IMG/VR virus record: IMGVR_UViG_3300025888_000022
Location: 1 to 33,505 of that record
Direction: 5' to 3' (one strand)
DNA length: 33,505 nt
From: a virus
Lineage: Duplodnaviria; Caudoviricetes
The notes below the pieces were generated by a model that saw only the letters and a program-made list of their open reading frames with translations, did not search any database and was not told the DNA's origin. The position numbers and the translations under genes were made by a program. Below are positions 7,509 to 15,116 of the stretch, piece after piece (the first letter of the stretch is position 1; each line of letters starts with the position of its first letter).

Positions 7509-8116
7509 CTCGCTGATGTCGGCCAAAGTACTCCCTCTTTCGTCAGATGTCCGCAAAGACAGTCCCAATCGGCCCTCAGCCCCGGTATGGGCTGCATGAA
7601 ACACTGGTGGGGCGTGTGCCGCGCCGTTTTGCGGTACATCTCGCCCGTCGTGAGCAGGCAGTAGTGCCCACAGTAGTCGATGTCCTCGACTCCGCTGCCC
7701 GCAACGAGCGGGTGGCCGTCCCGATAGACCCCACACAGCGCGTTGCCCCACCTAGAGACCTGTATGCCTGTCGAGTGAGGACCGACGGCACTGAGGCGGG
7801 CGTACACGTCGGGTGGGACGATGGTGTCATCGTCGAGGATGAGCAGTTCCCCGTCGGGGACGAGTCCGATGGTGTACGCACGCATCTCATCGTGCTCGAT
7901 ACGCCGCCCGAGGCGGTCCTCGCAGGGTACTCCCCTGTCTCGGAGGTGTACCTCGACTCGAAATCCCATCTCGCCCAGCGTATCGGCCCACAGTCCACAC
8001 CCCGGAGCGTCAAGCACAAGGATACAGCGCCCACGGGGGATGTCGGACGCCGCGATAGCCGCGCAAACGGCCTCGCGCGCCCACGGACGGGTGACTGGGA
8101 GTAGTAAAGTCAGCAT
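7505..8116 (-). CDS. Putative GT-A fold glycosyltransferase
   Basis: N-terminal LLLPVTR strand, LLILDDDTIVPPD (DxD), C-terminal D..CGH; first gene of the glycosylation operon. Confidence 0.65.
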   Translation of the reverse strand: MLTLLLPVTRPWAREAVCAAIAASDIPRGRCILVLDAPGCGLWADTLGEMGFRVEVHLRDRGVPCEDRLGRRIEHDEMRAYTIGLVPDGELLILDDDTIVPPDVYARLSAVGPHSTGIQVSRWGNALCGVYRDGHPLVAGSGVEDIDYCGHYCLLTTGEMYRKTARHTPHQCFMQPIPGLRADWDCLCGHLTKEGVLWPTSAR

Positions 8117-8136
8117 TTCGCCCCTTTCTGAGGCTC

Positions 8137-8183
8137 ATAATAGCAAGAAAAGGCTTGATTTGTCAAGAGAAATGCGTTATGGT
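8137..8183. promoter_or_regulatory. Back-to-back divergent sigma70 promoters
   Basis: Minus strand: TTGACA(8166-8161)-18-TATTAT(8142-8137) with TGn. Plus strand: TTGATT(8155-8160)-17-TATGGT(8178-8183). Confidence 0.65.
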
Positions 8184-8212
8184 GGTCTCAGGCCAAAAGA
8201 AAGAGGGGCGAA

Positions 8213-8392
8213 ATGCTCGTCACCATCCCGTTCGACCGGGTTCTGCGTATCGCCAAAGCCCTTGGCGATGACGAACACCTGTGTCCGAGCAAGAATCACC
8301 CGTGTCACGACGACCGAGACCTCAAGAAGTATGACCCGAACGCATCTGAGTGTTCATCGTGCTGGACACAGTACCTGTTGAATGAGAACTGA
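8213..8392 (+). CDS. 59-aa Cys-containing hypothetical protein
   Basis: Manual translation MLVTIPFDRVLRIAKALGDDEHLCPSKNHPC...CSSCWTQYLLNEN; AGAGGGG RBS. Confidence 0.6.
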   Translation: MLVTIPFDRVLRIAKALGDDEHLCPSKNHPCHDDRDLKKYDPNASECSSCWTQYLLNEN

Positions 8393-8582
8393 CGTGGCGA
8401 ATCCCCACGGAACGTGCGCGTCGTGTGGTTGGGGCGAGCATACCTCAGCCAAAGACCACGATGGAGATATGTGGCACCGCTGGACGTGCTGGCGCTGCTC
8501 GGGCTGTCCCGATGTCCGTCTGGAGACGACCACGGACAAGCAGCCGCCCGCGTGCGAGTGCCACTATGCGAAGGTGAAGTAG
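8382..8582 (+). CDS. Small Cys/His-rich protein
   Basis: CASC, CWRCSGC and CEC motifs; tightly packed in the operon. Confidence 0.5.
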   Translation: MRTDVANPHGTCASCGWGEHTSAKDHDGDMWHRWTCWRCSGCPDVRLETTTDKQPPACECHYAKVK

Positions 8583-8777
8583 ATGCCGACGTACGAATAT
8601 CGATGTCCGACCTGCGGCTGGAGGACGGAACTGAACCGTCCGATGGCCGACGTGGACAAGCCGGTCCACTGTGACAACTGCGGCAACCTAGCCAAACTCC
8701 AGTTCACCTCCCCGCCTGTGTTTCCTTGGTATCCGGGCAGCACGCGGGAAGTCTACAAGGAAAAGCGGAAGAAATGA
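8583..8777 (+). CDS. FmdB-family zinc-ribbon protein
   Basis: MPTYEYRCPTCG...CDNCG. Confidence 0.85.
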   Translation: MPTYEYRCPTCGWRTELNRPMADVDKPVHCDNCGNLAKLQFTSPPVFPWYPGSTREVYKEKRKK

Positions 8778-8791
8778 TGAGAGGACGGTTC

Positions 8792-8995
8792 ATGCCGGAT
8801 ACGAAAACGCAAGCGAGTTCGGGTGGGGTCGGTATCCTTACGGTGCTGCTCGTCGTATTCATCGTGCTGAAACTCACGGGACTCATCACATGGTCGTGGG
8901 TGTGGGTGCTTTCTCCGTTCTGGCTCCCGCTGGTGAGCCTGTTCATCCTCGTGCTCATCATGGCCGTCGTAGTCTCAATCACCGGAGGTAAGTAG
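8792..8995 (+). CDS. Small phage membrane protein
   Basis: GGVGILTVLLVVFIVLKLTGLITWSWVWVLSPFW, a widespread phage TM family; GAGG RBS. Confidence 0.8.
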   Translation: MPDTKTQASSGGVGILTVLLVVFIVLKLTGLITWSWVWVLSPFWLPLVSLFILVLIMAVVVSITGGK

Positions 8996-9241
8996 ATGGC
9001 TGTGACTAGCGGCAATCCGTGGGTTCCGACGGTGTTGGCTGACGGCCAAGAAGTCCCGCTGACCTCGTTGGGGTTCGACATATCCCTCGATGGTGTGGGG
9101 ATACTCCGTCTGACGGGTTATGCCCCCACGACGTTCGATGCCCGCACCGCAATCGAGGGCGCGGGCATCGTAGAGTTGGCGCTTCACTTCCCCGAGGGGG
9201 ATGTCGTCTACTACACCGCGACGAGAATCGAGGAGCAGTAG
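8996..9241 (+). CDS. Hypothetical protein
   Basis: GGAGG RBS; abuts both neighbours (TAGATG). Confidence 0.65.
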   Translation: MAVTSGNPWVPTVLADGQEVPLTSLGFDISLDGVGILRLTGYAPTTFDARTAIEGAGIVELALHFPEGDVVYYTATRIEEQ

Positions 9242-9646
9242 ATGGCTGTGTACGCGATGCCAGACGAGACCCGCGTCATCGACCCCGACACGGGCGGCGA
9301 GAAGGGCACCAAACTGGAGAGGTACGACCTCATCCCTGTCACGCCGCTGGAATCTGTCGCCCGGCATTACGGGGTCGGTGCGACCAAGTATGCCGACCGG
9401 AACTGGGAGCGCGGCTACCTGTGGTCTCTGTCGTTCGCGGCCATGATGCGTCACGCGTGGGCGTTCTGGGGCGGGGAGGACATTGACGTCGAGACGGGTT
9501 CGCCCCATCTAGCCGCCGTCGTGTTCCATGCGTTCGCGCTGATGGAGTACGCCACCACCCATCCAGAGAAGGACGACCGCCCGCGCGACGGTTGTGTCAT
9601 GTACGCCCCCGACCCGTATCCGACCCAACGAGAGGGAACACTGTGA
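9242..9646 (+). CDS. dATP/dGTP diphosphohydrolase-domain protein (DUF5664)
   Basis: K.RYDLIP..GATKYADRNWERG..AAMMRH..GEDID.ETG.PHLA motifs. Confidence 0.88.
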   Translation: MAVYAMPDETRVIDPDTGGEKGTKLERYDLIPVTPLESVARHYGVGATKYADRNWERGYLWSLSFAAMMRHAWAFWGGEDIDVETGSPHLAAVVFHAFALMEYATTHPEKDDRPRDGCVMYAPDPYPTQREGTL

Positions 9647-10143
9647 GCATCAAAGAACACGAGGCTGCGATACTGCGTGAGGCGCTCGACCGTAACACAG
9701 TGGACACGATGATGTTGGAGGGTACGGGAATCGACGAACCTGTCGGCCTGCTCTACGACCGCGATATCCTCGACCTCGCAGGCGACCCGCTGGACTGGCC
9801 GCTGGAGGAAAGGCCGATGGCGTATCTTGCCGGGTATTACACAGCCAACCCCGCACAGGGTATTGCCAACGCGGCACGGTGGTTTCAACCGCTGACTGAC
9901 GCCGGTTGGTTGACTGTGATTCCTCACGTCAACATTCTACTCGATATGTTGGCTCCGCAGACCCCCAATTTTTGGTACCGGCATGACATGGGCCTTCTCT
10001 CGCGCTGCGACGCAATCTTCATCTGCCCCGACTACCTGACGGCCCACTCGACAGGGGTTCTCAACGAGATTGCGTTCGCAACCAAGCACGAAATCCCCGT
10101 GTTCTACGATGTGATTTTGGCGAAGGACCGCTATGCTCTGTGA
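9643..10143 (+). CDS. Nucleoside 2-deoxyribosyltransferase-like (DUF4406/DUF1937) protein
   Basis: GTG start overlapping the previous stop; YLAGYY, IPH, LLSRCDAI and STG...E..FA...IPVF motifs. Confidence 0.75.
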   Translation: MSIKEHEAAILREALDRNTVDTMMLEGTGIDEPVGLLYDRDILDLAGDPLDWPLEERPMAYLAGYYTANPAQGIANAARWFQPLTDAGWLTVIPHVNILLDMLAPQTPNFWYRHDMGLLSRCDAIFICPDYLTAHSTGVLNEIAFATKHEIPVFYDVILAKDRYAL

Positions 10144-10654
10144 GTGTGGTTGCGGTGAACTCACCAACCTAGCACCGCAGACCGTGACTGCAAAAGGTTG
10201 GGTCAAAGGCGAACCCGTGCGTTTCATCAAGGGACATCAATGTAGACTCTCCCCTGTCGAGTATCTAGAACAGGACATGGGTTACGAGACCCCGTGTTGG
10301 GTGTGGCAGCGAAGTATCGCGCCAAGTGGGTATGGTTGTGTCAGGGTGACGGGAAAGACCCGGACTGCGCACAGTGTCTACTGGGAGCGCGAGAATGGCC
10401 CAATACCCACCGGGTTGCAGTTGGACCACCTCTGTCGTAACCGCGCGTGTGTTCGACCGTCACATTTGGAACCCGTGACTCAGACGGAGAATGTGAGGCG
10501 GGGTGCCCACACTATTCTGAACTCGTGTCAGGTCCAGTTCATCAAACAACTCATCGGCTCGATTCCTCATGGAAAAATCGGAACGATGTTTGGGGTGGCG
10601 CGCTACGTGATAAGCGACATCGCCAACGGGCGCACATGGAAGGACGTGGCGTAA
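10133..10654 (+). CDS. HNH homing-type endonuclease (GYETPCW family) with N-terminal CECGCG and C-terminal HTH
   Basis: GYETPCWVW, AHSVYWERENGPIP, LDHLCRNRACVRPSHLEPVTQTEN. Confidence 0.88.
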   Translation: MLCECGCGELTNLAPQTVTAKGWVKGEPVRFIKGHQCRLSPVEYLEQDMGYETPCWVWQRSIAPSGYGCVRVTGKTRTAHSVYWERENGPIPTGLQLDHLCRNRACVRPSHLEPVTQTENVRRGAHTILNSCQVQFIKQLIGSIPHGKIGTMFGVARYVISDIANGRTWKDVA

Positions 10655-10899
10655 TGCGTGTGACTACTCTCAGCGGGACAGTGTACGACTTCTCGTCCGA
10701 CGGCAGCCTCGTGCGCCGGATAGGCGGGGCACCGCTGCGGAGAGACCACGAGTGGCTGAGGGTCGTCCATGTCGAGCCTATTGTCGTGGGCAAGCCGATG
10801 CGGCTCACACTCGATGGTGTGGCGATGGTGGGACTGACCGAGAGGGTGACGACGCCGGTCGTGAAGGTGATGGACACGGTGAGACCAACCTCTCACTAG
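10654..10899 (+). CDS. Hypothetical phage protein
   Basis: MRVTTLSGTVYDF...; TAATG overlap. Confidence 0.65.
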   Translation: MRVTTLSGTVYDFSSDGSLVRRIGGAPLRRDHEWLRVVHVEPIVVGKPMRLTLDGVAMVGLTERVTTPVVKVMDTVRPTSH

Positions 10900-10915
10900 A
10901 TTGAGTTGTTCTACG

Positions 10916-10947
10916 GGGTATGCCGCCGAGTGCGGTGTGCCCTTTTT
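10916..10947 (+). terminator. Probable intrinsic terminator of the plus-strand operon
   Basis: GGGTATGCCGC/GCGGTGTGCCC stem (3 GU pairs) followed by T5. Confidence 0.6.
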
Positions 10948-10953
10948 GTAGTT

Positions 10954-11135
10954 TCCGGGAAATCCGGACGGTTCGATAGTGGGCAATCACCATGAAAATC
11001 ACGACACCGGGTGACGGTATTTCATGGTGTGTCCTTGGCGCAAGGACACCCTAGCCGCCAGTCCACTCGTGTAAGGTAGCGCTGCGCGCTGGTTTACGAG
11101 AGTGTATTGGCGCAGATGGGTGGATATTACCACTC
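10954..11135 (+). ncRNA. Candidate structured non-coding RNA (unassigned)
   Basis: Five closely spaced hairpins, G-U pairs only on the plus strand, no credible ORF. Confidence 0.35.
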
Positions 11136-11341
11136 AGAGTGAGTGTTGAGAGGAGTCGGTAGCAACAGGGCGTAGACTGTCAGAGCGGGTGAGGTTGACA
11201 GGGTAGAGACTGTGAGAACGTGATTCGGGGCGGACGGGTTGCAACCCGCTACCCGCCCCGGCCTCGGAGTCACCCGAGGACTCGCCCGCGTACATCGGCG
11301 TGAGCCAGAGTCGCGGGGTGCCGCTGACTAGACGGCGATGT

Positions 11342-11464
11342 CTACGCGCTTGTGCGCGGGTGTGCCTTCTCGTCCGCAACGAGTTCGCGCTGAGTGGTGG
11401 TGCATTGGTTGCACTTCGGCTCCCCGCCGTCGCCCGACGCGCACTTGTGACATACCGGCTTCAT
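11342..11464 (-). CDS. 40-aa CxxC...CxxC peptide
   Basis: MKPVCHKCASGDGGEPKCNQCTTTQRELVADEKAHPRTSA; AAGGGAG RBS; own promoter. Confidence 0.6.
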   Translation of the reverse strand: MKPVCHKCASGDGGEPKCNQCTTTQRELVADEKAHPRTSA

Positions 11465-11508
11465 GCGTCGCTCCCTTACAGTCCGTCGAGCACGGCGATG
11501 TAGGTAGC

Positions 11509-11537
11509 ATGATACGGCATGGTGGCGGTGATGTCAA
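11509..11537 (-). promoter_or_regulatory. Near-consensus sigma70 promoter
   Basis: TTGACA-17-TATCAT. Confidence 0.7.
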
Positions 11538-11642
11538 GAGGGTGGGAGGATAGCGCACAAAACGATTTTGGAGTTTCGAGTCTGCGAGCGACCGACACCC
11601 TAAGGCATGCGATTTCATATAATAGGGGAGGGTACCCCATCA

Positions 11643-11874
11643 AGTTGGCATGATATTTGTACAGGGTTTGTGCATAGACTATGCTATACCCCTATCCTAT
11701 ATCATACATCAAACAATCAAAGCCTAAACCTATAGGATAGGGTTAGACTACAAGCATCATGCCAACTATGCATAGACTAGCACTAGTTCTATAGATAGCA
11801 CTCTACTGTGCTAAAGCAGGCTAGGGCATAGTTCACTTAGGCTATGCTAAGTAGTTCACTTAGGCTAAGTGAAC
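11643..11874. repeat. AT-rich cluster of nested inverted and direct repeats
   Basis: 12-bp IR 11643-11654/11756-11767; 12-bp IR 11690-11701/11731-11742; DR TGCATAGACTA x2; 16-bp DR TAGTTCACTTAGGCTA at 11829 and 11852; 10-bp-arm palindrome 11854-11874. Confidence 0.8.
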
Positions 11875-12080
11875 AGGCGGGCGGCGCGTATGTACTATGC
11901 TTATGTACTGTATAGCATGACACAATGCACACTAGTGTGAAGATAACACTAGTGCTGTGGCGCGCTGTAGTGCGCTATGCGGCAGGGTAGCGCCAGCACG
12001 GGGCAACCGTACTAGCGCACACAATCTAAGGGCGACAATATCTATGCCAACATGCACAACATAAGAGAATCTACATATGA

Positions 12081-12125
12081 TTGTGTAGAAAATAGATCTA
12101 TTTTCTACACAACGTTGTGTAGAAA
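12081..12125. repeat. Overlapping perfect palindromes (32 bp and 24 bp)
   Basis: TTGTGTAGAAAATAGA|TCTATTTTCTACACAA (12081-12112) and TTTCTACACAAC|GTTGTGTAGAAA (12102-12125). Confidence 0.9.
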
Positions 12126-12162
12126 CTGAGGTACATTTAACACAATCTCTACAATCATATGG

Positions 12163-12191
12163 TGGACATTGCGCACAATAGGGGTCATACT
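12163..12191 (+). promoter_or_regulatory. Sigma70-type promoter for the small-gene cassette
   Basis: TGGACA-17-CATACT. Confidence 0.55.
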
Positions 12192-12241
12192 TATTAGTAG
12201 GGAATACGAACACATGTTCGACTACAAGGAGAGGGCGCATC

Positions 12242-12478
12242 ATGCAGAATCGAAGCGGCACCATCAGGAACGAAGACTTTGCCAGCGTGTCCACTAGTAC
12301 CACAGTAGACGTAGACGCCCAGTCATTCGACGTATGGGTAGGGATTACCGGGCGTGGGGGAATCTGCACGCGTGTCTACAGCCGCAAGACCGGCGACCTG
12401 CTCTATGAGTGCTGGAACGATGTTCGCGCCGACGGCTCTACCAGCGGGAAGAACTGCATCGAGAACAACTGCAAGTAG
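12242..12478 (+). CDS. Hypothetical protein
   Basis: AAGGAGAGG RBS, 78 aa. Confidence 0.65.
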   Translation: MQNRSGTIRNEDFASVSTSTTVDVDAQSFDVWVGITGRGGICTRVYSRKTGDLLYECWNDVRADGSTSGKNCIENNCK

Positions 12479-12636
12479 TTTATCCGTGCAGCGTTCCCCG
12501 ACGCGACAGGAGGGCTCGTAGCGCGCACGGTGTACGAACGCTAACAGTCCCGACACTCTACAGGGTAGCGCGTGAGGAGCACGCTATCCGATAGAGTACC
12601 GCGACAGCGATGCTCACGACCTAAGGAGCGTGTACC

Positions 12637-13038
12637 ATGTTTGACCATCCCGTATCTAACGGCGCAAAGCCCGAACCGCGCAACGTGGGCGAGGTGTACG
12701 TCGATACCCTCGTGAATCATGGCGGTACGTTCGACCGTAAGACGTTCCTACCCGTGACGTTCACGGACGGGTACACCGTCGGTATCGACGCACTAGGCGA
12801 CGTTCACGTTCTAGACTTCACTCCCGCATTCCTCGCTCGCCTGTGGCCGTCCGAGGGCGAGTACGTCGGAACATGGATAGACACCGCGCACGATGACGAA
12901 CTCGGTTTCGATATCGCCACTGTGTACGTTGACCGCGTGGTACACACGCCGTTCCTCGGTGTCGCGCGTGCTATCGGCAACATCAACGGCGAGATAGCGA
13001 TATGGGACTGCAAACGCGGCGAGAGCATCGTGCTGTGA
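12637..13038 (+). CDS. Hypothetical early phage protein
   Basis: TAAGGAG RBS; GGTF..GY.VG..VGTWID..AIWD pattern seen in phage early proteins. Confidence 0.75.
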   Translation: MFDHPVSNGAKPEPRNVGEVYVDTLVNHGGTFDRKTFLPVTFTDGYTVGIDALGDVHVLDFTPAFLARLWPSEGEYVGTWIDTAHDDELGFDIATVYVDRVVHTPFLGVARAIGNINGEIAIWDCKRGESIVL

Positions 13039-13208
13039 TGGACACTTGCCCGTACTGCGGTGAGAGTGAGTGTGTCTGCGCTCTGCGCGCCGACGAACCG
13101 CTACCAGACTACGATGCTACACTCGCTCTGCTCGACGACTTGCTCGACGACCTACGCGACGAGCCGACGACCTATGCTATGGCAACCCTGCTAGGATACC
13201 GGAGGTAG
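13038..13208 (+). CDS. Small acidic Cys-rich protein
   Basis: MDTCPYCGESECVC...; TGATG overlap. Confidence 0.55.
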   Translation: MDTCPYCGESECVCALRADEPLPDYDATLALLDDLLDDLRDEPTTYAMATLLGYRR

Positions 13209-13212
13209 AACA

Positions 13213-13479
13213 ATGAACAGCACTTGCCCGCTATCGCCTGCCTGCGGCTCTGCGTGTCACTGGTACGAGTCGTGTCCATCCTCGCGCTTGCAGAGTCTCA
13301 CAGGGCCGCACAGCGCGTCGTGGGGGCATCCTCACGCTCCGCGTGTCCTGCGTCGTGCAGACCAGCGAGCCGCTCGGCTCGCACTACTCTCTGATAGGCT
13401 CGCCCTCGCATTCACGTTCGTCGGTCTCGCACTCGCAACATACCTACTCGGCTCTATAGGCCTCTGGTTGTCACGGTGA
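13213..13479 (+). CDS. Small membrane protein
   Basis: GGAGG RBS; Cys-rich N-terminus and C-terminal TM helix. Confidence 0.6.
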   Translation: MNSTCPLSPACGSACHWYESCPSSRLQSLTGPHSASWGHPHAPRVLRRADQRAARLALLSDRLALAFTFVGLALATYLLGSIGLWLSR

Positions 13480-13483
13480 GAGA

Positions 13484-14170
13484 CTACTCTCGATACACTC
13501 CGTCTTCGCCCTGTGTTAGCAGTACAAGCCGCTCGGCATACTCGTCGGCTGTGAGGTCACTAGTGTTGTCTTCGACTAGTACTGTGACCTGCGTGTTCTC
13601 TACGATACCGTACAGTGCCTTCTGCGCGTGGAAGTACAGCAACGGGTTTAGTGCGCTATTCCAAGCGGCTTGCTCCATGAAGGTTCTAAGAACTTCCTTA
13701 CACACCGCGAACGCTCTCGACCTCGGCTCGTCGCTCGTTTCGCGCTCTATCTGATTCATTCGTTGCATCGTCACACCGTTCCAAACGGCCCACGCACCGA
13801 TGGTAGGAGGTACCTTGTTCTCCCCACTCCACGCCATGAACTCCTCGAACGCGGCATACGTGTCCGCTGGTACCTTCGGCGGCGAAGCGTGCTCGGCTCT
13901 AGCAGCGAGCCACCGTACCGCCAGAAGCGCGTGGCCGTTGTCCTCGAACAACTTGCTCGGTGCAACGGCCATGCTCGCACTCTCGGCCAGTCTCGCGGCC
14001 AAGTGCGGCGGCACCATCGGAGCATCCGGTGCGCTGACGTATCGCACCAAGTCGGCTATCGCCTTCTCCTTGCTACCCGCCTCATTCGGATGCCGACGCT
14101 TCTCCTCCTCGCGGCTTATCTTGCCCGGAGGTCGGCCCAGTCTCTTGCCTGCCTTGGAGTATGTAGTCAT
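13484..14170 (-). CDS. Putative terminase small subunit (P22 gp3/DNA-packaging-like)
   Basis: N-terminal basic GRPP; PPTIGAWAVWNGVT..(HTH)..AFAVCKEVL..EQAAW..NP..YF..KALYG pattern of the gp3-like TerS family. Confidence 0.65.
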   Translation of the reverse strand: MTTYSKAGKRLGRPPGKISREEEKRRHPNEAGSKEKAIADLVRYVSAPDAPMVPPHLAARLAESASMAVAPSKLFEDNGHALLAVRWLAARAEHASPPKVPADTYAAFEEFMAWSGENKVPPTIGAWAVWNGVTMQRMNQIERETSDEPRSRAFAVCKEVLRTFMEQAAWNSALNPLLYFHAQKALYGIVENTQVTVLVEDNTSDLTADEYAERLVLLTQGEDGVYRE

Positions 14171-14742
14171 GCCCCTAGTTCGTTCTGTGCGAGGTACGTT
14201 ATGGCACTCTGCATGATGATTGGATTATCCCTGAACTGCCCAATACCCAGGTTACACTGACCGCACAATAGGCCGCGAACTCGATTGGCGGTGTGGCAAT
14301 GGTCTACGTGAGGCGCGCTCACGGACACGAACGGCTCATGGCAGATAGCACAGCATCCGCCTTGTTCAGCAAGGAGCGCGTCGTACTGGGGCTGGGTGAT
14401 TCCGTACCTCTTCTTCCGCCGCTTCGCCGCCAATTTCTCGGGGTTCGCTGCTACGTACTCTCGTTGGTATTCGGGATTCACTGCTACGTACTTCCGCCGC
14501 TGCTCAGCTACTTTCTCGGGGTTCGCTGCCCGATACGCCCGCTTCTGCGCGTTTATCTTCTCGCGGTTCGCCGCTTGGTACTCTCGCTGGTATTCGGGGT
14601 TCGCTGCCTTCCATGCATTCGATTGCTGGCGGGCGCACACCTTACAACGCGACAGCAACCACTCGTGCTTCTTAGACCGCAGACCGAACTCGGACAGCGG
14701 CTTCTCAACGCCACACGCCGTACACTTCTTGGTCATTGCCAC
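14167..14742 (-). CDS. Recombination endonuclease VII-family nuclease with an AANPE repeat linker
   Basis: Start GTG 14742 (AAGGAG RBS) or ATG 14736. CTACG, RCKVC, YGIT..Y..L..EQGGCCAIC, HVDHCH, VRGLLCGQCN. Confidence 0.9.
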   Translation of the reverse strand: MAMTKKCTACGVEKPLSEFGLRSKKHEWLLSRCKVCARQQSNAWKAANPEYQREYQAANREKINAQKRAYRAANPEKVAEQRRKYVAVNPEYQREYVAANPEKLAAKRRKKRYGITQPQYDALLAEQGGCCAICHEPFVSVSAPHVDHCHTANRVRGLLCGQCNLGIGQFRDNPIIMQSAITYLAQNELGA

Positions 14743-14766
14743 TTTTGTCTCCTTAGTCGTGTACCC

Positions 14767-14795
14767 ATTGTACCACACTCACCCTCGCGTTGCAA
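14767..14795 (-). promoter_or_regulatory. Sigma70 promoter for EndoVII-TerS
   Basis: TTGCAA-17-TACAAT with TG. Confidence 0.65.
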
Positions 14796-14849
14796 GACCT
14801 CGACCTAGCGTCCGATTCGCACTTTGACCTCGAAAACCCCGGAAAGTGG

Positions 14850-15116
14850 CATTGACCTGCGCTTCTTTCCCCATTATAGTCCGCTTTCCCGTTATTCATT
14901 TCTCACTTTCATTCGTGCCGACCTGCCCGTTTGTCCAAATCACTTCTCGGTTGCAGTACTTTTGATACTCCTGTCCCTTATATTTCTACCACCCTCTTTT
15001 TACTATATCGTAGACTCTCTTAGGAGCCAAGTACTAAAAGTACTGCAACCGAGAATGTAAACCTCATTTCTATTCGTGCCGACCTGCCCATTCTCCACAA
15101 ACCAATAACGGGAAAG
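14850..15116. repeat. Nested inverted and direct repeat locus (candidate replication origin)
   Basis: Perfect 20-bp IR 14944-14963/15036-15055 around a 72-bp AT/pyrimidine-rich spacer; 18-bp DR at 14911 and 15072; 13-bp IR 14884-14896/15104-15116. Confidence 0.75.

Noticed and set aside
7509-7751. ORF-track N-terminal extension of the dehydratase
   Set aside because: Overlaps the upstream GT gene; the Rossmann motif begins right after ATG 7508.
9643-9816. MLEGTGIDEPVGLL resembles an HK97 major-capsid segment
   Set aside because: Too short to distinguish from chance without a search.
10900-11340. tRNA, tmRNA, RNase P or group I/II intron
   Set aside because: No cloverleaf with T-loop and CCA, no tmRNA ends, no GAGGAAAGUCC, no intron core recognised.
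12081-12112. Protelomerase (telRL-like) site
   Set aside because: No protelomerase gene in the window and the palindrome is shorter than N15 telRL; kept only as an untested alternative.
11640-12130. Possible CRISPR array
   Set aside because: Repeats occur only two or three times, are irregularly spaced and mostly inverted; no spacer periodicity and no cas genes.
11932-12369. 145-aa minus-strand ORF over the palindrome region
   Set aside because: Atypical composition, antisense to an RBS-supported gene, and crossing promoter and repeat DNA.
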